32,000 bases of DNA. It comes from Candidatus Omnitrophota bacterium. Lineage in GTDB: Bacteria > Omnitrophota > Gorgyraeia > Duberdicusellales > 4484-171. Positions 26,031 through 32,000 of this stretch are shown here, in pieces. Position 1 is the first letter of the stretch; every line of letters starts with the position of its first letter. The translations under genes were made by a program, and so were the position numbers. Location of the stretch: assembly GCA_021735045.1 (NCBI GenBank), contig JAIPHU010000011.1, positions 5,466 through 37,465 on the forward strand. The letters are read 5' to 3'. The notes under the pieces were generated by a model that saw only the letters and a list, made by a program, of their open reading frames with translations, was not told where the DNA came from and ran no database searches.

Positions 26031-26087
26031 TGTTTTTTCGTTAAAAATTAGCGTTTATTTGTTATAAATTAGCGTTTATTCGCGTTT
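26001..26087. repeat. Family B element, copy B4
   Basis: The identical 22-mer lies at 26001..26022. AACGCGAAT (26014..26022) is complementary to ATTCGCGTT (26078..26086). There are three right-arm AATTAG(T/C)GTTT units. Confidence 0.85.
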
Positions 26088-26105
26088 AAACAAAGGAGGT
26101 AGAAA

Positions 26106-27566
26106 ATGAAAGTATTATTTGTAACCCCTAAAACTGGAGCTTGGGCAACTCATGGAAAGCATCTAGGCCCTAACCAACTTTATGCCCAGTGGGCAGCATT
26201 TATCAGAGAGAAAGGCTTTAAAGATTTAGAAGTACTTGATTGCCGGGCCCACCAGATAGAGATGGATGAGATGCTTGAGGTGATAAAAGAAAAAAATCCA
26301 GAAGTAGTAGTAATTGGGGATATGCTTCATTCCTATGGAGGATTTGGAATTATTCACTATTTTTTAAAAACAGCCGAAGGGATAAAAAAGATTTTACCTA
26401 ATACTAAAATAATCTTTGGAGGGCTTTGGTTTTCATCGATGCCTAAATATTCTTTGGAAAAATATCCTTTTATTGACTATGTAGTTATGGCTGAAGAAGA
26501 AGCGTTTTTTGATTTGCTATCTTCTCTAGAAAAAAACGAAGATGTAACTGAGATAGCTGGGGTTGCTTCTCGAAAAGACACAAAAGTGATACTTGGCCCA
26601 CACAGAATGCTTCAGAAAGATTTAGATTCTTTGCCGTTGCCAGCTTATGATTTATTTCCCATGGAAAAGTATGTCGGCCATACTTATTGGAAGCCATTTG
26701 TTGAAATGGTAACATCGCGTGGTTGTCCTTCTGCTTGTACTTTTTGTTATGAGTGGGATCAATATGATCCAAGGCATCCGGAAGATTTCTTAAGTTGGAG
26801 GGCTAAATCACCCGAGAGAGTGATTGAAGAGCTAGAACTTCTTCATCATCAATATGGAGTAAAAGTTGTTGTAATCCAAGATGATAACTTTAACGTTAGT
26901 CCAAAAAGAGTCGAAAAGTTTTGCAAAATGAAACTCGAGAAAAAAAATCCCATAAAGTGGGTTTCACTAGGCAGAGCGGTTGATTGGACTAACTGTGAAC
27001 AGATTTTACCACTGATGAAAGAATCAGGGTTATTTATGGGTGTCTTTGGAATAGAGGTAACTACCAAAGAAGAACTAAAACAAATAGCCAAAGGTATTAC
27101 TATCGAACAAATAAAGAAAACAATTGATATTCTACGAAGCCAGGATATAGCTATTGTTGCTGATATTATGATGGGATTTGATGAAGATACAGAAGCTAAA
27201 ATTAAAAGTAGGTATGAATTTACTGACGAGGTAGATCCGGATATTCTTTGGATAGGATATGTAACACCGGCTCCTAATTCACCTATCTGGAGGCAAAGAG
27301 TTAAGCGGGGCGAGCTAAATCCTGACGATATTGATTTCCTAAAATGGGATTTTCTTCATCCGGTGATGCCAACTAAACATTTATCTGTAGAAGATTACGG
27401 AAGATTGGGTTCATGGTGTATGCGTGAATTTTATTCAAAGCCAGGTAGGATTCAAAGAATAATGACCAGTAACTTTGACCAACTTGCTAAACTTTGTTTC
27501 CAAGATGTTATGAAGGGTGTAACAAAATGGGAAGAAGGGGCAGTAAAAGGCGAAAAACACGTATGA
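26106..27566 (+). CDS. B12-binding-domain radical SAM enzyme (class B)
   Basis: N-terminal Rossmann-like B12-binding region (KVLFVTP...VVVIGD). CxxxCxxC cluster motif in SRGCPSACTFCYEW. AAGGAGG RBS. Confidence 0.85.
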   Translation: MKVLFVTPKTGAWATHGKHLGPNQLYAQWAAFIREKGFKDLEVLDCRAHQIEMDEMLEVIKEKNPEVVVIGDMLHSYGGFGIIHYFLKTAEGIKKILPNTKIIFGGLWFSSMPKYSLEKYPFIDYVVMAEEEAFFDLLSSLEKNEDVTEIAGVASRKDTKVILGPHRMLQKDLDSLPLPAYDLFPMEKYVGHTYWKPFVEMVTSRGCPSACTFCYEWDQYDPRHPEDFLSWRAKSPERVIEELELLHHQYGVKVVVIQDDNFNVSPKRVEKFCKMKLEKKNPIKWVSLGRAVDWTNCEQILPLMKESGLFMGVFGIEVTTKEELKQIAKGITIEQIKKTIDILRSQDIAIVADIMMGFDEDTEAKIKSRYEFTDEVDPDILWIGYVTPAPNSPIWRQRVKRGELNPDDIDFLKWDFLHPVMPTKHLSVEDYGRLGSWCMREFYSKPGRIQRIMTSNFDQLAKLCFQDVMKGVTKWEEGAVKGEKHV

Positions 27567-28447
27567 TAAACGATGCACACACTCACTTTATTCCCAAAGA
27601 GATATCTGACCAGACTTCTTTTTATAAAGGAGTCTGGGCCGATAAAGAAAAGCTATTTTCTTATCTTGAGCAAAACAAAATTGAAAAAGCATTACTTACC
27701 TATCCCTCTACAGACGCTCATCTTCAACTAGGGCAAAAGAAGGTCTGTCAAATTTATAATAAAGCTCAAGAGGAGTTGATTCAGGAAAATCCGAAAATAG
27801 TTGCTGCCGGCCTTCTTAATTTAGAGCCGATAGAACAAATACCTGAACAAATCAAAAGTTTATCCGAAAGAGGCTTTAAGGCCTTAAACCTTTCTTCAAG
27901 TTATCAAGGTAGATTTTTAGTAAAAGAGTTGGTGCCGTTGTTTAGAGCAGCTCAAGATTATCAACTGCCAATATTTGTTCATCCTCAGACAATCAATCCG
28001 ATTGGCTTTGAGCGGGTAAAAGACCCTCTTCTTATGCCGGTCCTAGAGTATGGTTTTGATTCTTCTATGTTTATGGGCTTGCTTATGACCGAGGAGATAT
28101 TGCAGGAGTTTAAAGTTGATTTTATATTTTCTTCCTTAGGCGGAATAATTCCCTTTTTAAAAAATAGGTTAGATCGTGTTTATAAGATGTTGAAGCAAAG
28201 GCAGATAGTTAAAGACCTAGGAGATTCACCTTCAAACATTTTAAAAAAAGTTTACGTTGATACATCAGGGGCAACTTTAGAAAATATAAAAATGGCTCTT
28301 GATTTTTTTGGCCCGGAGCATATCCTTTGGGGATCAGACTATCCGGTTAATCCATCAGTAACTAAAAATTTAGAAAAGTTAGATAAGTTAGGAGAGTTAA
28401 AAAATAAAATTGTTTATCAAAATTTTAAACAGTTGTTTAAACTATGA
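27563..28447 (+). CDS. Amidohydrolase_2 (ACMSD / aromatic-acid decarboxylase-type) metal-dependent hydrolase
   Basis: N-terminal DAHTHF metal motif, VHP in mid-protein, C-terminal LWGSDYP. I start it at ATG 27563, which forms an ATGA overlap with the radical SAM stop. The 27494 extension is basic junk in the overlapping frame. Confidence 0.75.
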   Translation: MINDAHTHFIPKEISDQTSFYKGVWADKEKLFSYLEQNKIEKALLTYPSTDAHLQLGQKKVCQIYNKAQEELIQENPKIVAAGLLNLEPIEQIPEQIKSLSERGFKALNLSSSYQGRFLVKELVPLFRAAQDYQLPIFVHPQTINPIGFERVKDPLLMPVLEYGFDSSMFMGLLMTEEILQEFKVDFIFSSLGGIIPFLKNRLDRVYKMLKQRQIVKDLGDSPSNILKKVYVDTSGATLENIKMALDFFGPEHILWGSDYPVNPSVTKNLEKLDKLGELKNKIVYQNFKQLFKL

Positions 28448-29388
28448 GTAAGTTAAAGTTTTCACCTTTATTTTGGCCGATTAAGTTAAAAAAAGATTAT
28501 ATTTTAGTTTTAGACGAAACTAAACTGCCTAAAAAAACTAGCTATCTTAAAGTTAAAAATTATCGGCAGGCAGTTTCACTAATAAAAAATATGAAAACCA
28601 GGGCTATCGGTCAAGTTTTGTTGGTATTATATACTTTTTTGATTGTTTATCGCAGGTATAAAGGTAAGAAGGTATTAAATTCTAAAATAACTCAAGTAGC
28701 TAAGGGTTTTAATTCAGCAAGGCCTACTTTATCTTTTAAATATCTAACGGATATGGTCCTAGCTCAGCAAGCAGCTGGCCTTTCTTTAGATAAAAAGATT
28801 TTAGAATTTTTAGAGACCTTAAAAGAAAAACGCATCTATCAGGCTAAGGAAACTAGCAAATTGATTAAAGCCGGAGATACTATCTTAACCCATTGTAATT
28901 TAAGCGGGCTTATCCCCTTAGTCGGTTCTTTTTGCCGCAGCCAAGATAAAACTATTAGTTTTTTTGTAACAGAAACCAGGCCTTATCTGCAGGGGGTTCG
29001 TTTGACTGCTTGGGAGTTATCTCGGGAAGGTTTTGATACAACAGTTATCTGCGATAATATGGTAGCCCAAGTTATGGCAGAAGGCAAGATCAATAAAATA
29101 GTTGTTGGTGCCGATAACTTAGCTAAAAATGGGGATATTGCCAATAAGATCGGAACTTATCAGATAGCTTTGTTGGCTAGGTACTTCAAGCTTCCTTTTT
29201 ATGTGGTTTGCCCGCCTGAATCTAGGGCTAAAGAAGGTAAAGATATTAAAATTGAGGTCAGGCCGGATAAAGAGTTGTTTAAAATTGGAGCTGAAACTGT
29301 TGCTCCTTTGGGAATAAAAGGATATTATCCGGCTTTTGATATTACGCCAAATAGTTTAATTACCAAACATATCTATATGGGGGTCTAA
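28444..29388 (+). CDS. eIF-2B alpha/beta/delta family sugar-phosphate isomerase (MtnA / 5-deoxyribose-1-phosphate isomerase-like)
   Basis: LVLDETKLP, THCNLSG (Cys), TETRPYLQGVRLTAWEL, VVGADNLAKNGDIANKIGTY (Asp) and PFYVVCP. These correspond to MtnA core motifs, including the catalytic Cys and Asp contexts as I recall them. Confidence 0.78.
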   Translation: MSKLKFSPLFWPIKLKKDYILVLDETKLPKKTSYLKVKNYRQAVSLIKNMKTRAIGQVLLVLYTFLIVYRRYKGKKVLNSKITQVAKGFNSARPTLSFKYLTDMVLAQQAAGLSLDKKILEFLETLKEKRIYQAKETSKLIKAGDTILTHCNLSGLIPLVGSFCRSQDKTISFFVTETRPYLQGVRLTAWELSREGFDTTVICDNMVAQVMAEGKINKIVVGADNLAKNGDIANKIGTYQIALLARYFKLPFYVVCPPESRAKEGKDIKIEVRPDKELFKIGAETVAPLGIKGYYPAFDITPNSLITKHIYMGV

Positions 29389-29389
29389 G

Positions 29390-30418
29390 ATGTTTAATCA
29401 AGAGAAAAAATCAAGAAAAAAAATTATTAATATCGGCAAACGCCTTTATCAGCGGAATCTTGCGGTTGCCAGTTCAGGAAATATTAGTCTGAAACTACCT
29501 GATCAAAAGGTTCTTATTACCGGAGCTCAAACTCAATTAGCTGATCTGCAACCTTCTGATATTGTTAAAGTAGATATTACAAGCAATAAAACAGAAGGTC
29601 AAACTGCTCCTTCGTCAGAGCTTCCTTTACATAGTCTAGTCTATAAAAACTTTGAATCAAAAGTAGTTTTACACTGCCACCCGCCTTTGATTAACGGCTA
29701 CTTTGCAGTTAACCAAAAGCTGAAGGCGTTAAGTTTTGAAACTAGATTTTATTTAGGTGACGTTCCGGTGGTAAAACAAGATACTCCTACAGTTACAAAT
29801 CCAGATGAAGTTATAGAGGCCTTAAAGTTGTCCAATATTGTGGTCTTAAAAAATCATGGGGTGATTGCCATAGCTGATGATTTTTTAAAAGCGCTAGCTT
29901 TGGTAGAAACATTAGAGGAAGCAGTTAAAACTGCTGTTGTGGCTAAAATTTTTAAAAATGAAAAAGACCAAGATCTTAATCCAGAAACTAAAAGCAAACA
30001 AAAAAAGCAAAACACCAAAGAATACCCTATGTTTTCTAAAGGCCATATTGAAGCAATTGTGGATTTAGTCAACCAAGATGATTTTATTGCAGAAAAAGGC
30101 AAAGAACTTGACTTAACGGTTAAGTTAGCGATTAAACTTTCTGGAGAAGATAAAGCTTATAAATTTATTTGGGACCAAGGCAAAATTAAAGAACTTCAGT
30201 TTGATGCAGAAGCCCCTTTTGTAATCACTGCCTCAGCTGATATTTGGCGAGAGGTTTTTTTAGGCCAGCTTGATCCATTTGTAGCAGTTACCCAAGGCAA
30301 GATGAGCTTAGATGGTCAACTAGGACAATTGTCTAGGTGGTATGTTCCCTTTTCTAGATTATTTGAAATATTTAAACAGGTAAAATTTAAGGAGCCGGAA
30401 CAAGATGCAAGAATATAG
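29390..30418 (+). CDS. Class II aldolase/adducin-domain protein fused to a C-terminal SCP2 sterol-carrier-like domain
   Basis: Aldolase part: SSGNIS, PSSELPLH, VLHCHPP and LKNHGVIAI (Glu plus 3 His zinc ligand pattern). After a K/Q-rich linker comes an SCP2-like region ...VFLGQLDPFVAVTQGKMSLDGQLGQL. Confidence 0.75.
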   Translation: MFNQEKKSRKKIINIGKRLYQRNLAVASSGNISLKLPDQKVLITGAQTQLADLQPSDIVKVDITSNKTEGQTAPSSELPLHSLVYKNFESKVVLHCHPPLINGYFAVNQKLKALSFETRFYLGDVPVVKQDTPTVTNPDEVIEALKLSNIVVLKNHGVIAIADDFLKALALVETLEEAVKTAVVAKIFKNEKDQDLNPETKSKQKKQNTKEYPMFSKGHIEAIVDLVNQDDFIAEKGKELDLTVKLAIKLSGEDKAYKFIWDQGKIKELQFDAEAPFVITASADIWREVFLGQLDPFVAVTQGKMSLDGQLGQLSRWYVPFSRLFEIFKQVKFKEPEQDARI

Positions 30419-31898
30419 TTCTTTTATAAACGGTGAGTTTAAAAAAGGCAAAGAAAAAAAAGAAATAATTAATCCTTCCAACGGAGAGGTTATAACTTCT
30501 GTTTTTCTAGCTTCCCCAGAGGATATAGATTATGCAGTTAAGTCAGCCCGTTTAGCTTTTGAGAAAGGGCCTTGGCCTGAGTTTAGCCTAGCTCAGAGAA
30601 AAGATATACTGATAAAGTTGTCTAAAGCTATACTTGCTAAAGCAAAAGAGTTGGCTGAGTTAGAAAGCCTTAATGCTGGTAAACCGATAAAGGAAACAAC
30701 CTTTATGGATATTCCATCTAGTGCAGCCAGTTTTAGGTATTTTGCCAGCAACTTAGAAAATTTTTTCCAAACAGAAGAGATAAACATTAATAGCCAGATT
30801 GCTCAAGCTAAAGGAGAGTTAATTCGGGAACCACGTGGTGTGGTGGCTTTAATTTCTCCTTGGAACTATCCGCTTTTAATTGCTTCCTGGAAGTTAGCTC
30901 AAAGCCTAGCCGCTGGTAATACTGTTATTTTGAAACCGTCTACTTTAACTCCTTTAACTGTCTTAGAGCTAGCAAAAATAGCTAGTAAAGTTGGCCTGCC
31001 CAAAGGCGTATTAAATGTATTGGTTGCTAAAGGAGAAGAAACCGGCAAGGTTTTATGCACTCATAAGAATGTCGATATGATCTCTTTTACCGGTTCTAAT
31101 CCGATTGGCAAAAAGATTATTGAATCTTCAGCAAAAAATATCAAAAAAACTATCATGGAACTAGGTGGAAAATCAGCCAGCCTTGTTTTAGAAGATGCCG
31201 ATATAGATTCGGCAGTAAATGGTTGCCTTTGTTCGGTATTTTTAAACCAGGGCCAGATGTGTACAGCAACTTCTCGGATTATCATTGATGAAAAGATCTA
31301 TCGCCAGTTTGTAGAAAAATTAAAAGAACGTACCGAAAAAATTAAATTAGGAGCTCCTTTGGATTTCCAAACTCAGATCGGCCCGCTTATATCTAAAGCT
31401 CAAAGAGATAAAGTTGTTTCTTTTATGAATAAAGCCAAACAGGAGGGATTAAATATAATCAGCGGAGGAAAGATTCCTGAGGATAAAGATCTAGAAGGAG
31501 GCTTTTTCTTTGAACCTACATTGGTTGAAGCAGTATCACCTGATTCAACTCTTTGGCAAGAAGAGATTTTTGGGCCAGTTGCAACTTTAACTAAAGCCGC
31601 ATCGACAGAAGAAGCAATCTCTTTTGCTAATAGTTCTGAATTTGGCCTTGCAGCTTCTGTTTGGAGCAAAGACAAAGAAAAAGCTGCAAGAATAGCTAAA
31701 AAGATTTCGGCTGGAGCTATTTGGATAAATACCTATGGCATGTTTTTTGATCAACTTCCTTTTGGAGGATTTAAAAAAAGCGGTTTTGGCAAAGAACTAG
31801 GCAAAGCTGGCTTTTTTGAATATACCCGCCTCAAAAATATCATCACCGACCAAAGCAAAGAAGCAAAGCCATTAGTTAGTTATTGGTATGGCTTCTAG
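30405..31898 (+). CDS. NAD(P)-dependent aldehyde dehydrogenase
   Basis: SPWNYPL, KPS..TPL, FTGS, MELGGKSA (Glu), NQGQMCTA (Cys) and EEIFGPV motifs. Overlaps the upstream stop by 14 nt. Confidence 0.92.
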   Translation: MQEYSSFINGEFKKGKEKKEIINPSNGEVITSVFLASPEDIDYAVKSARLAFEKGPWPEFSLAQRKDILIKLSKAILAKAKELAELESLNAGKPIKETTFMDIPSSAASFRYFASNLENFFQTEEININSQIAQAKGELIREPRGVVALISPWNYPLLIASWKLAQSLAAGNTVILKPSTLTPLTVLELAKIASKVGLPKGVLNVLVAKGEETGKVLCTHKNVDMISFTGSNPIGKKIIESSAKNIKKTIMELGGKSASLVLEDADIDSAVNGCLCSVFLNQGQMCTATSRIIIDEKIYRQFVEKLKERTEKIKLGAPLDFQTQIGPLISKAQRDKVVSFMNKAKQEGLNIISGGKIPEDKDLEGGFFFEPTLVEAVSPDSTLWQEEIFGPVATLTKAASTEEAISFANSSEFGLAASVWSKDKEKAARIAKKISAGAIWINTYGMFFDQLPFGGFKKSGFGKELGKAGFFEYTRLKNIITDQSKEAKPLVSYWYGF

Positions 31899-31903
31899 CC
31901 ACT

Positions 31904-31938
31904 ATGCAACAAAACAGGTTCAAACAAAAATGTTGCAT
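31904..31938 (+). terminator. Hairpin downstream of the aldehyde dehydrogenase (possible operon end)
   Basis: ATGCAACA (31904..31911) pairs with TGTTGCAT (31931..31938) over a 19-nt A-rich loop. No U-tract follows. Confidence 0.25.
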
Positions 31939-31962
31939 AACGAATATTGATTATGGAATGTG

Positions 31963-32000
31963 TATATAATTTTAGTTTAAAAGAACTACAAAAAAAGCTG
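31963..32000 (+). CDS. Possible start of the next gene (truncated by window end)
   Basis: ATG 31963 opens MECVYNFSLKELQKKL..., which runs to the window edge. Only 12 codons are visible and there is no clear RBS. Confidence 0.2.

Noticed and set aside
3482-26087. Whether repeat families A, B and C could be CRISPR arrays.
   Set aside because: The copies are isolated in separate intergenic regions. Each is an internally palindromic array of 7-10-nt words, not 25-40-nt direct repeats separated by unique spacers. No cas genes are present.
1773-31675. Nineteen short ORFs in the track that lie inside or antisense to the long + strand genes. They are 1773..2066(-), 5022..5240(-), 6439..6642(-), 10406..10606(-), 10828..11031(+), 19369..19554(-), 20700..20930(+), 21514..21705(+), 21751..21957(-), 22362..22661(-), 22411..22686(-), 22748..22954(-), 24179..24454(-), 26485..26772(-), 26849..27091(-), 29854..30102(-), 30593..30787(-), 31061..31285(-) and 31400..31675(-).
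   Set aside because: Each is fully embedded in a longer ORF that has clear family motifs. Their translations are low-complexity (F/L/S/K-rich), as expected from reading AT-rich coding DNA out of frame. None has an RBS or a recognisable motif.
1-32000. Mobile genetic element or defence island (transposase, integrase, toxin-antitoxin, restriction or abortive-infection genes).
   Set aside because: No ORF shows transposase, integrase or nuclease/ATPase defence-type motifs. The excisionase-type HTH proteins at 5197..6088 lack any adjacent integrase or phage genes. The repeats lack coding capacity.

Overview
AT-rich bacterial chromosome segment, roughly one-third G+C by eye. Every credible gene lies on the + strand, and many junctions are ATGA or TAATG overlaps. 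The first half (1..15338) is housekeeping and envelope genes: gatA (partial), gatB, an S41 C-terminal processing protease, tsaD, an MgtC-family protein, a bactofilin fused to an HTH, a membrane-anchored HTH protein, a tRNA-binding-domain protein, YjbQ, a DnaQ-like exonuclease, an Lrp/AsnC regulator plus aminotransferase, a TPR/transglutaminase lipoprotein, a PilZ/coiled-coil/alpha-toroid protein, era and a nitroreductase. The second half (about 15461..31898) reads as one long operon. It encodes a type II (KS-alpha / KS-beta / ACP) aromatic-polyketide-like cluster with two cyclases, a ketoreductase, an AMP-ligase and an MFS exporter. Its accessory genes are unusual: a B12-radical SAM enzyme, an Amidohydrolase_2-type protein, a tandem TIGR04076 protein and a ketopantoate-reductase-like enzyme. 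A nucleoside phosphorylase, an MtnA-like isomerase, a class II aldolase-SCP2 fusion and an aldehyde dehydrogenase together resemble a 5-deoxyribose / methylthioribose DHAP shunt. The intergenic DNA carries several families of composite palindromic repeats built from short tandem words. One family occurs only between cistrons of the PKS operon and supplies the last codons of three unrelated proteins. I found no tRNA, rRNA, CRISPR array, transposase or recognisable defence genes. All calls rest on motif recognition by eye. No database search was possible.
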